Assembly (NCBI GenBank): GCA_043228905.1
Contig: JBHGNT010000001.1
Location: 7,936,001 to 8,000,000 of the forward strand
Source of the DNA: Azolla caroliniana
Taxonomy: Eukaryota; Plantae; Polypodiophyta
Direction of reading: 5' to 3'
Length of the DNA stretch: 64,000 nucleotides
The position numbers and the translations under genes are program-made. The stretch's first letter is position 1. Each line of letters opens with the position of its first letter. Shown here piece by piece: positions 47,101 through 59,900 of this stretch. Under the pieces are notes generated by a model. That model had not been told where the DNA came from, searched no databases, and was given only the letters and a program-made list of their open reading frames with translations.

Positions 47101-47851
47101 AGGAGCTTAAGAATCTTGGCTCGGTTCGGGGTTGAGGTTCATGTATCAAGCGCAACAATCACTTGGTTGGCCATTGAATCGGCCTCGTGGTTTCAAGGGT
47201 GGAATGGAAACAGTCCTTCTTTAAAGGTGATGCAAGGATCTGTGCAACCAGCGCAAGGAGGTTTATTCTTCTTACAGGAACGTTGCGTGGACATATGGGT
47301 ATTAGTGGTCGGCCTTACGGTTTGGCAAGTGTGGGTATCTAGGTGCAAGGAGACTTTCGCAGGTAAACGAACCCCACCGGCTGAGAATTTAATGATGATC
47401 TGGTTCAATCTTATTTCTACGTTGCGAGGTGAGTTTGAAAGTCTTCAAGGGCCATCTGACGCAAGTGAAGAAGCTAGAGCTCGTTTCTTGTTGAAATGGA
47501 GCGGTTCGTTGATGCTGCAGATAATGGATGGTAAAGTGAAGTGGAATTATCAACCACCACGGTGGTTGTTCCCTCCAAGTGTACCTAACATCTAGATGGG
47601 TGCTGCCATGAGGAGTGAATGGAGGACATCTATGCTGAATTTTGTTTGTATGAGGCTCACGTGGAGTATATGCGTTCGAGTAATGTTATACACATTGAAT
47701 GATGTGGTACTTTGGAGTTGTTTTTTTTTGTTGTTTCATCTACGCATATTGTTTTCCTTCGACATGCAAGATGTCTTGTAAGATATGAGTTGTAAATTAT
47801 CCTTTGTACATTGCTTAACTAATGGAAGTAGTTTTTTTTTTGGAAAAAAAA
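40438..47851 (+). mobile_element. LINE-B: full-length decayed L1-type non-LTR retrotransposon
   Basis: Candidate TSD AATATATTTA (40428-40437, 47852-47861) and poly(A). ORF1 has the zinc knuckle CFACKEMGHMAKHC. ORF2 spans 43330-47595 (MRICSWNVQGL, LLQEHHL, RLDRIY, SDHLP; RT LDFEKA, SIRQGCPL, EFADD; C-terminal zinc finger), with several stops and frameshifts. Confidence 0.92.
41009..41236. repeat. Minisatellite: 4 x TAGTTTTAATCTTAGGTTTATTTATGTTTTAA(TC)n
   Basis: Four copies with a variable (TC)n tail inside the LINE-B 5' region. Confidence 0.92.
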
Positions 47852-49699
47852 AATATATTTAGTGAGAAGTTATTCCATCTTTTTAGTTGTTGTCTTAACT
47901 ATAGGTAATCCTTTGCCACAACATTTTAAAGCTATCATTTGTGTTATATATTTAGCCCCTCTTTGCATATTTTTTTGTCCCTATGCAAGCTCAAGTATAA
48001 ATCAACAGTTGTAGGTCGATCCAATTGTATCATCCTCTCTCTCTCCCTCTCTCTATGTAGTTATTAAATGAGTGAATAACGAGATTATCTTATTCATTTC
48101 TTCTATCGTTCCATTTGGTATGATTTTCCAACTCATAAAAGTCATGTTGATGAAGTACTTGTATGGCTATTGTTGGGTAGCAGAATATTTCATTATAAGC
48201 AATGACAAATTACAACTATCTCAAGTGTTAGTGTGAATGTGACACACTGGTGCATGTGCAAGGGAGCGTTCGCTCAATCTAGTACGAATAATATACTAGA
48301 ATTAGAGACCTAGAAACAATCATATTTAGAAGTGGAACAAAAAGAGTAATATGAATTATAAGCTACAAAACATGGCTAGTAACAAAAAAATCTGAAACGA
48401 GAATTGGAATAGTTTGATTGAGGTAATTTCCCACCAAGTTTACTAGTTTAGGGTGAATCCTTCGGCAACGATGTCGGGGAAACTCAAGCCTTTCAAGAAG
48501 GTTTATTTATATGTGTGCTTGCTTTTATTGTATGGCCAAACCTTTGGTTAATGTCAAAGTAAGTAGCAAGGGATTTCTTGTGGTGATATATTATGTCGTA
48601 TTGTGTAGACGATGTGCAATTTTTGTACGCACAATATCTTCATAATTCTAAACCACACAACTACCTTTAACCTTAACTCTCCTCAACCATCCAATGAGTA
48701 ATCATATACGTATCAACTTCTTATGATTCATGACTTGCTCTACATATTAGCTTCCAACCCTTGTACCAATGTATGCTTGCCATGTTAGGTGTATAATCCT
48801 TAATTCTTGAAGGGTTATCCTCAAAAACAAAACTCCTTGAAATCTTTAATGAAGTGTCTTATTTCTCTTCTCCAGTAGCATTTCATTTGGACGAACAAAT
48901 TGACCTCGCCACAAAACCTACTAGAATTTGGATTTGTACTCAAAGCATTAGTGTAGAATGGGTTGTTTTCAATAGTCTTCAAAATATATGTAGGCATTTA
49001 TATGAAATCGATAAGGGTCATCATCCAAGTCAAGAAATAATGACATTAGAAGAACTATTTGCATTTGTGTTATGGTGGTCTAGGACACCTCACAATGAAT
49101 TGTCAACATAGATTAAGATGCCAAATATTTCCAACTTTATGATTACTTGTAGTAATCTTATTAGATATAGCAACCCAACCCACAACAATAGCTAAGATTT
49201 TTGAGCCAATTAGAAGATGTGTTAAACAAGTATGTCTAGTCAAAACCAAAGTCAAATCCTAGTATTGGTCCCATTTCATTAATTTAGGTAGGAGCAAGAA
49301 GTAACATGTGGGAATTCACTGTCCTAATGCAAAGAGACTTAGCAAGTGAGATGATAGCTAAGGTTGAAATGAGATCTAAGAATGGTACTAGGATTCGGAG
49401 AGAAGGGACCTATTGCAAAACGAGAGCCTAGAGTGGAGATAGCCTAGAGTGAAGTAAGCTAGGAGCAAAACAAGAGTCTCATGGTGAAATGAGAGGATAC
49501 CAATGAAGAGATTTAGGAATAGTATGAGAGCCTAACATTGATGAGAGAAATAGGAGCGAAACGAGAGCTTGTAAGTTTAAAATGATAGGAATGAAGGCAA
49601 AAGACAAAGCTAAACACTTGCCTTGGTTTAGAACCCCCAAGGTTCCCACACACTTTCACACACGTGCACATGTTTTTGGGACACCGTTTTGGAGAGAGG

Positions 49700-50720
49700 C
49701 AAGAGTTTGGAACTTGTAAGATATTAAGAGTCTATTACTAATCAATAGATCGAGATAACACAAAATGAAGGTAAATAGATTGGCTAGAAGAACTTGTTCC
49801 ACCTGACCACCGCCCAACTATGATCAAGACATAACCAACTACCACCAATGTCCCATACAATTAGAGTTATGTTCTAAAGTAAGCATATGATAAGGATAAC
49901 AAAGATAGATTAATAAGGAAGGAGAGAGAGAAAGAAGGGTGTTGATCCGCTCGACCACCCACGTGCGAAGGGATCGAGACGGACTCAAGCCTCGATCGAC
50001 GTCCCATACCACCACCGTGGCATCAAGTTGTACTTGGTGCTAGCGCACTCGCTACAAGAGTTGACCCACCACAAGAACGGAGTCTCGACATAGTTAAGAG
50101 ATGATGAAATGAGGGTAGCTAGGCCTCATATTTATAGCAAGACCCAAGGCCCCCATGCAAGTTCACACTTGGCCTAATGGGTTGTCTCAATCCCGAGGAT
50201 TAAAAGTAAGCCTCCCCTTCTTTACACTCTCGTTTAATCCTCACACTTTATCCACGTGTATAGAATACTACGGTACATGATTATATGGTCATGCCCATAA
50301 CACATACCGAAGGATATTAGATGACTAATACCTTGGAAGAGATAACATGATCGTTGTGATGAAAGCCTAGCCCACACTACTGACGTCTTAAGCTGAAACC
50401 TTTCTAGCATAATGTGCCCTTTTGAGGGTAGTTAGGCCTCATATTTATACCTCTTCCTCAGTCCCTTGAATGGATATGCTTTTATAAAGGACTGTCCATT
50501 GATTGGGTTGTGAAGATCGTGATAGTGCATGCGTGGATCATTCTTTCTATCGAGTCACATTAGTCCGTTTCTAATATTAGTGAACATACCCCTTCACTTA
50601 TGTAAATATTAGTGATCTACCCTCACCTACGTAAGTTATGTGAATTTATACACATATACAGACTCACTACTGTCTGTATACAGATTGATTGGGCTGATTG
50701 GGCTGCAGATACTCCCCCCA
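49700..50720. mobile_element. Degenerate LTR-like sequence upstream of the helicase gene
   Basis: TGAGGGTAG(C/T)TAGGCCTCATATTTATA repeated at ~50111 and ~50423 (TATAAAT on the minus strand). PPT-like TGGGGGGAG on the minus strand at ~50712-50720. Boundaries unclear. Confidence 0.3.
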
Positions 50721-50900
50721 CGTTTCATAAATTTCGATATCATTGTTCTTAAAGTTCAGGGTGATTCTCCTCTCATGATTTTCGAGTTTTTTCACCAATC
50801 GCAAGCTTCTTAGCAGAGAGAGACAGAGACAGAGACAGAGACAGCGAGTTCGAGAAGAGAGAAGAGAGAGCCTTTAAACCCAGTCCCAACTTTAAATCTC

Positions 50901-53900
50901 ATGACAGTCTCAGTAGGCCTTGAATTTGGGTCTGATCTCGAGTTCAAAGCTCCCTCTTCTCAATGGAACAATGGGTCATATAAAGAAGAAGAAGAAGATA
51001 CTGATGATGAGAGTTGGGATTTTGAGACAGGTCAACCAAGGTTCCTTCTCACAGAACATGCTTTCTCAATGGAGAATGACTCAACAAAGATCGATCTAAA
51101 ATGGTTTAAAGAGGTTTGTGATCAAATTGCAAATTTGGGTTCTTCTTCTTCACATATATCTGGAGATGAGCTTGCCATGACTCTTCTGTCTGTGCTAGAT
51201 TCTCAAGGAACAGGAGAAGAGGTATTTTATATGCTATAATTGCTTTCTTTCTTACTTACGTTTGATCGTGTATTAATGTTCTTCGTTTTTTCTTTTGAAT
51301 TCCCTCTCTCTCTCTCGCTCGATCAATATAAAGAACAAGGGAGGATATATTTTAATCATATTATTGTCCTTGCTACACGTTTTTATCCCTTTGGTTTTGC
51401 CACTATTGATAAAAAAAATTCTGTGCTTCATTCAGCTCAAAAGTTGTTCTAACGACATTAGTTCTAATCTTGTGTACCTTTGCTTAGGAGCTCACAAATC
51501 AATTGGATAGCGTCACTAATCAAACAATGCCTCTGTCACTATTGGAGTTGCTCCCATATCCGCCAAGATATATTGATATCTTTTAAGAGGCCAAAATGGC
51601 CTATGATACCAAACAGAATATTACCAGTTAGAATGTTGTCTCATCTTGGAGAATGAAAAACCAAAAATATAAGTAACAAAATTAGTAAAACTGCCCAAGA
51701 TACCATATAAACTCCTTAGCTAAGAACTTTAACATTATGAGCTTAGATGGACTGAAACTTCCACATGTGGAAAATATCCAGCATGTACCAATCCAAGATG
51801 GAGAGGTCAAAAGAAGGAGATACCACTGCCTCTTCAAACAAGGCTTTGGCCCACTAAGCGAGGCCAACAATGCTTGGGATTGTTCTTGCTAGAACTCAAG
51901 AGATATCGAGAAAAAAGGAAGAAAGATATATTAACGTATTTGAGGAGGCCAAAATAGCTTATAAGAACAAACAAGAGATTGCATCTTAAAATGTTGTATT
52001 GTCGTTGAGAATAACAAACCAAGATAAACCTAATAAAGTAAAAAAAGTAAAACTGATGAACGAATCCCATTATCTATACATGTAAGATTATCAAGTCTTA
52101 TCGATTGTAATTTTTGTTTTTGGAACGTATCTAGCACTAATCTATCCAGAATGGAGATATCTCTGAAGCAAGGGAAGCACCTACAATGGTGGGGGATAAT
52201 GGCCTTCATTTGTTGATGACAAGAGCATTGAGATTGTGGTCCACGAGTTCAGGGTCTATGTGCACTATAAATTGCTATTGGCTGATCTATTATAACTCCT
52301 ATGTTATGTCCTAGTCGAGCGCCCACTTTTGTAGTCCTTGATTGACTTGTAGCATGAGTAGGAGTGATGGGGATAAAGAAAGTTGTGATTGTTCTTTGTT
52401 AATGAGATTGTGTGGTTGTATTGTTGTCCTTCAGAAACTTCTCACCGTGTTTCTTGAGTTCTAGCAAGAGCAACCCCAAGCACCGTTGGCCTTCATATTT
52501 CATTACCTTGTGCGTTCTAGGCTGAAGCCGTGGTTAAAGAGGCAATGGTATCTCTGTCTTATTTCATAAAAAAGTAACAGTGGCCAACATAGTGTTCTTC
52601 TTTAGATTCCACTCCCTGATGACACAATTGGCTGATTCTTTCTTCCAAAGGTGTGAATGCATATTTGCTTACCACGATCTCTAATTGATGTGAAGAAGTC
52701 TGGAGCTGTCCTATCACACTGTACAGTGGATGGCACAGATGCATGTCCGTATAAGAAGGCCTGATGCTGAATCCATCATCAAATGTGAGTAAAAAGTGTG
52801 CCTTTATAGTGGGTGATCTTCCTACGCAAAGATGTGGGGCTGATAGGTCTTCTTCAGTCTAATTCAATAATATCAGATTGGATCACTCTATAGTTTTTCA
52901 CTTTTGTCATATTTAGATGGGAACAATACAAGCTATATTAGAATGGTGGTAATGCATTTATGCTTATGCCATGTGACTTGAACCACTGTTGCATTTTAGC
53001 ATTCCAGCAATGATTATCTCCGTGTTTAGTGAGTCCTTTTGATGACATGAGTGTGAAATTTGAGTATCTTTGTTTAAGAACAGCTATACAACTATAATAA
53101 CTCATCAACAAAGAGCATGCATGACTTTCTTTAGCTTAATCACTCCTCATGCCACAAGCTAACCCAGGACTACCAAGACACTCAAAAGGGGTTGCAATAA
53201 ATCAGGCAATAGCAATGTGCTAGCATGCAAGCACAAACATCTTGACCACAGCTCCATCACCATTGTCGTCAACAATAAAGGCCATGATTACCCATTACTG
53301 CAGGTGCTTCCACACTTTAGAGATGTCTTCATCTTGGAGTAGTCCATGTTGGAGATTTTTCGAAGGAAAAAATTTCAGATTATCTAAGTTTAGAATCTTA
53401 AGGGTGTAGATGCCTAGATTCTTTAGTACCTTATGTTTAGTTATATTTATTTGGGGTGGCTGTTCTCAGAGACAAGAAAATATTTTTAGATCTTATTTAG
53501 TCTTAAGTTGCTTCCCTTCAGAGATCTCTTCTTTTTATACCAGTCCATGTTGGATATTTTTTGAAGTCAAAAGTTTCTGACTATCTAAGGTTAAAATCTT
53601 AAGGGCATCGATATCGATATCCTTTAGTAACCTGTGTTTAGTCATATTTATTTGGGGTGGTTGTTCTCTCAAAGATGTAATCTTTGTTCGGTCTTAGAGG
53701 CCATGTTGGCCACTTAAAAACCGTCAATGTAGCTTTCCTTCGATTTTCTCCTTGATCTTTTTTATCATTACTAGATTAGAGTTGCCAGGTACAAATACCA
53801 TTCTTCCTCAATTTTATTGTTTAATTTTCTGGTGACTTTTTATCTAAGTGTAATTGCTTCATTTGCTTATCTCCTTCAATTTTAGTGACTTTTTTGTTCA

Positions 53901-56900
53901 TGCTTTATTCTGACGAAAGAGATAAACACTATTGTACCTTCATCACTTTGAATTGTGGGTTTGTCATTTTATTGGAGCAGATTGCTGGGGAGTTGTTTGA
54001 TATTATTGGAGACGCCGATTTCGAGAAGATCCAAAAGATTCTTCAGGTATTCTTTCATTAGGAACTGTGCCATGGAAACTTTGTGATAGAAAGGTAAGGG
54101 TACATATGTGTATATCCTCTTTCTATGACAATGTTATCTGGTTATGCTTTGAATTTCTATGTAAGTGATCTATTTCATCTGATTATACCTTAAATGTCTC
54201 TCTTTATATTATCTCTGGCATAGATGAGTTCTTTTATGCTTTGAAATTTCTATGTATTTGCAGCATAGGAAGGAACTAGTTGATGCATCTAGAAAGGGTA
54301 TGGAAAATCTTAAGCTCCAAAGGAGAGGGAATTCTCAACAACCAAAAATGCCAAGCTATGGGATACAAGTATGGACATTTTCCATTTTGTGAGAGGCTTG
54401 TCTACGACCATATATAGCTATTACAAATTGGATGTACATACTATCTTGACTTATGGAAGGATTTATATCTCAATACTTGCAATTTTGTACACCTAACTTT
54501 TTACATAGGTTAGTGTGCAAACGGATTTTGATAAGCAAATTGAAAAGTTCCGTCGCAAAGAAGAGAAAAAGAATCATAAGCGCGGAACAGGAAATGCAGC
54601 ATTTGCTGAGTCAGAGCTCGAATGGCTCTCAGAAGCTGGAGGCTTTTCGGCTCTGGTTCAGGCAAGTGAAGGATTTTTGGATAATCTTATAGGCCAAGGT
54701 GATGAAATAGGAAGAGCTTTACCAAAAGGGACTTCTCGAAAGGTTTCCAAAGGATATGAAGAGGTCAAGGTTCCTGCCACAGCAACCGCACAATTGAAGC
54801 CCGATGAACGTCTGGTAAATATAACAGCTATTTTCCTATGATCAAAGTCATATATCTGAAAACAGAGAACCCATAAAACAAATAGAAAGCTATTTTCCTA
54901 AGATTCTATAGAAAGCTCTATTCATGCGCCTATGATGCATAAAAAAACCAATCCAAGTAGAGATAGTCGTTTAGATAATGAATTGATCCCAAGCAATGGA
55001 AGGAGAATAGAATCTCTGATCTCATGCCTGCTGAAGAATGGGCTGACGTCTCAATGGAAGTGAAATGGCACATACCACTTCCATTGAGAATATAGGACTA
55101 ACAGCTGCCATGAAGTGATTTCATGTAAATGGCTTAACTAAAACCTAATCTATATAATCATCTATTTGAAGAGAAACTTCTGTTTAATGTTAACACTTGT
55201 GTGGGAAATAGTGTCATGTACTGAAAATTAACACCACATAGGTACACTAGGAGAGACAGAGATTATACTAAGCAGAGAATCATGTGAATCCTTTGATTCT
55301 TGCTATTGTGCGAGGTCATTATACATGGATAATCGATGTTCTCAATGATGGTTGGGGCTCCCTGGTGATGCTCTTTTATTGGGAGATCCATATAATATAC
55401 ACATCCAAGTAGGTTAACCTCCCCAATTATAGGTAAATGACGCATTCAGAATGGGGATATGACGCATTCCAATAAATGAGTCATATCCATATCTTCGTAT
55501 CATGCCGATGAAAGACTTCAATTGACATATGCAGGATACATTAATGAGAACTTCCTTTGCCATATGGTGGCTATGAAATTGAGCCATTTCCACTGAATCT
55601 CCATATCATGAAAGGATTAAAGTCCCTCACTAACATGCAATGACATGCAGGTCTTGAATAATATGGCGATACATGATATGAGTTATGACATAAATATAAT
55701 TGATTGAGGAGGACCTCTTTATATGGGCTACAAGATTGAAGCTCATTAGTTCCCAATTTGGCCGCCTTCATTCTTTATTTTTGCATTTGTATCTTGGAAT
55801 TTTGCTAGAAGATTGTGGATATCTAAAGCTAAGCTTTTGGGCCATGAGATATGGATTGTTCTATGTGATGCATGTCCAAATATGGTCATATGACCAACTG
55901 TAAACTTACTAAAAGTTAACAAAACAAAGAATATGTCAAATCTTTGCAAGAACTGAAAACCATACCGTAAATAGACTCGAATACCTATTGCTTATAAAAA
56001 AGTTGAAACATGCTACGAAAGGAAATAAATCCTTATTCATTCTATCTATGCTAATCTTGTTTTGGAATTGTAGGTAAATATCAGTATTGCCTTCAAATTA
56101 TGGGCTTAAGGAGTTAGACTTGGTGATGAATTGAACAGGTAGAGATAAGCGAGCTTGATGATTTTGCACAAATGGCTTTTGAAGGATACAAGTCTTTGAA
56201 TCGTATTCAAAGTCGAATTTTTCCAACTGCATATCACACCAATGAAAACATTCTTGTGAGTTATAACTTGTGCATGCTTGTTCTCTTTGTCTCTATCTCT
56301 CGACTGATACAAAAAAGGGTGTCATGATGGGATTGGTGGCTGTCCAGTGAGTGCTGGGAGCTATGTGAACTAATCCTGCTTTCGGATACTCAACATATAA
56401 TATGGGAACTTTGCCAAGAGTGTTAATAGCATCTGGCTGTACTATTCTTATGTTTTAAAATCATGTTGTGTTTCATGAACATTTTGGTTGCAGGTATGTG
56501 CACCAACTGGAGCTGGGAAAACTAATATTGCCATGATCACCGTTCTACGTGAGGTGTATATTCCCCTCTAATCTCTTCATCGTTTGATATGCTTGAGAAA
56601 CAAAAGAACAAATGCAATGTAGGTGATAGGATGTAAGTAAACGGGGCACATACTGGAGATAGGTAACAGGGCTCACGCTGAAAAGTGCAGCAGCAGGTTT
56701 GATGAACTCGGAAACTTAAAACTCTGAAAATACACAATTAACATTGACATGCCATCACATGAACCATATGCTTTTTTGTTTCTTGTAACTGAAGTGACTA
56801 TGCATTTGCAAACAATCGATGCATTGTATTTCTCTTCTTAATAAAATTCTAGACATTGGTCATATGCACCAGCACAGATGTTTTTGCCCTCCAATGGAAA

Positions 56901-59900
56901 ATACCATGCTTCGTACCTCCCTCGTAAATGGGCCATATTGTGATTCTGAAATATTTGAAATTTGAGCTAAGTTTAAATCTGGAAATTAACTATGACGGGT
57001 TTTGTGTGAGATTACCGTCAAGTTCTAGAACACGGTGATTGTTGACATGGCATTCTTCTGCAGATTGGACAACATCTACATTACGGTGTTCTACAAAAAA
57101 GTGAATTCAAGATTGTCTATGTAGCCCCTATGAAGGTATATGTAAAGCTATATCTCAGCATTAAATCAAGATTCAATTGTATGTCTTGATATAATATTAG
57201 TCGACAGGCCCTAGCAGGCGAGATGACGGCTGCATTTAGCCATCGGCTGGGTCCGTTGAATGTGGTGGTTCGAGAACTTACAGGAGATATGCAACTAACT
57301 AAAAGGGAGCTTGAGGAGACCCAGGTTTTGGGAATTTACATTGCTGACCGTATAGTGTTCTTTGTAGGCCATTTTCTTACTATGATGTTTTGCATTCTAG
57401 ATGATTGTGACAACTCCTGAAAAATGGGATGTCATTACACGAAAAACTAGTGACATGGCTATGGCAGTGTTGGTAAAGCTGTTAATCATTGATGAAGTCC
57501 ATCTCCTGAATGATGATAGAGGACCTGTAATTGAAGCCCTGGTAGCACGTACTCTACGACAGGTAAAAACTAGCTTTATAAAACTTTTGTTATCGAATAA
57601 GTTTCCGTTTGATCTTCAGATCTTTGAATTTTATTGCCAAAACGTGGAGTGTACAGGTAGAGTCATCACAGAGCATGATACGCATAGTTGGCCTGTCAGC
57701 TACACTACCCAATTATAGAGAGGTAAATTCGTTACTTCTATTTTTTGTTGGAGTTAAGATTCAATAAGGCAAGCATGCAGATTTGGACTGATGATATATA
57801 AATGATTACATTGAATTTTGTTAGATGATTATGAATTGTCAATACTAATGTTGATTAATTTTCATGCGCCCTATGTGATATGCAAGGATCTGATTGTCTG
57901 CATATTACTGATGATGAAACTTTTGGATAGGTTGCTCGATTTCTGGGTGTGAATGCAGACACAGGACTGTTCTTCTTTGATAGTAGTTATCGTCCGGTGC
58001 CTCTTACCCAGCAGTATATTGGTGTTACTGAAACCAATTTTATGGCCCGCAATAATCTAATGAATGAAATATGCTACAACAAGGTATTTCAGTTAAATAC
58101 ATTTTCTCAATTAATGATGGGCATAATGTTATGTAAACATACTGAACCTTGTCTTTCAATTCAGTTTCTTCGTGGTGATATATTACCCCTCAATGTGTTA
58201 TACAGGTGCTGGATGCTGTAAAACGTGAGAAGCAGGCAATGGTGTTTGTGCATTCACGCAAAGATACTGGAAAAGTTGCACAAATCTTGGTAAAACTATT
58301 TCCTTTACATTTATTCTGTTAATCATTGCTGTTCACAAAGATGTCAAGACAACCTTAGCAGTGTTCCATTGGCAAAGGATACCATCACATAACCAATGTC
58401 GGATGTCTAACAGGGAAAATAAATTAAAAGTTAACTATTTCCCAAGCAGAATGCAGTATGAGACACTGCATATGATATTAAGTTGAGTGTGAAAAATATA
58501 GTTCTTGCATACAGTTTTTTTCTGGAGCAGGCTATTATTGTATGAGCAACTGCATACGGCATCAAATTAAACAGGAAAAATGAAGTGTACACACATCATC
58601 GAGACACTCACTGTTTGATTCAGATCTAGAGCATCTCGTACGATAGCTCATATGGATCATTTTGTGGCATTTCTTTTCTTTTTGAGTCGTGCTTTCAGGA
58701 AATTGCAGCACCATTGGGTAAACCTCTTCATGTCCCCTAGTTGTATCTTTTGAGAATCACAGCATTGTGTCCTCGGCACTGTGGCTATAATTATAGATGA
58801 GCATAATACCATATGGGATTTCAAAATCATATTTCTTACTTTTAGGTTTGTTTTGCCCCCAATTCCACATGTAAGCAAATTGATACAGACAATGCGAAAA
58901 GACTATATAACTTAGGATATTTGTTCCCTCTGGAGCTCAGGCTACTTCAAAAGGACTTCCAGAAGGATAGTTGGAAAAGAAAAATCATTTGCCTCCCCGC
59001 CTTGATGATCTTTCCTTACTAGAAATTTATTTGAGACTTCCTGTAGCAGTTCCAAGTTCCAACAATTCAGAAAGATGGAATGATGGGTTGGGGAAATCGT
59101 CCTTGAAGAGGTAACCAAGGACCTAATCATGATTTTCACTGCCCTTCAGGCTTGTTGAGGGCCGTATCAGTTATGTTTCATTTCTCCATACCTCTATTTT
59201 CTTGCTTATAAATACGTTTCTTCTTCTGATGCCCAAGTGTTTTTCTAGCAACTGAAGCGATAATGGATCCTGGTTCTCCATATACTCAAAACTGTATCTA
59301 TAATATTCATAGTCATAGTTTTCCTTACATGTGGAAAATATTAGTCATTTGAATCAGTAGATACTATTCAATGACTCGACAAGTCTGCTTATATGCATAC
59401 ATATATCCATGCAAGTTCTCTGATAAGATTGATTCATGGGAATTGCAGGCTGAAATGGCACAGAAGAACGGAGAAATAGACCATTTTACTGATGAAGATC
59501 ATCCCCAGCTTGGACTTTTTAAGGTATTTTCAATAACCTTGTTATGTAAATGATCGTCTATCACTAGAATGTATCCGTTTAACCTCTGTTCTGCCAAGAG
59601 GAATCATCAAGCACACATTTTTCATTCTGTTTTTAACGCAATATTTCAGAAAGAAGTTGCAAAGTCCAGAAATCGCCAGTTGAGTGAGCTCTTCCTGTCA
59701 GGATTTGGAATTCATCATGCTGGCATGCTGAGGTCTGATCGGAATCTTACAGAAAGGTTATTTTCAATAGGGCTAATAAAGGTAACACTTCTAGTAAAGT
59801 CAAGTGGCTATCGTGGGTATTTTTCTGGTCAAAAGTTTTGTGTTCATGATCTATTTGCAATGTGCATAGGTCCTTGTATGTACTGCAACATTAGCGTGGG

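Noticed and set aside
51680-52900. Nested gene in helicase intron 1
   Set aside because: Only short, broken minus-strand ORFs with faint LINE ORF2 resemblance, too degraded to call.
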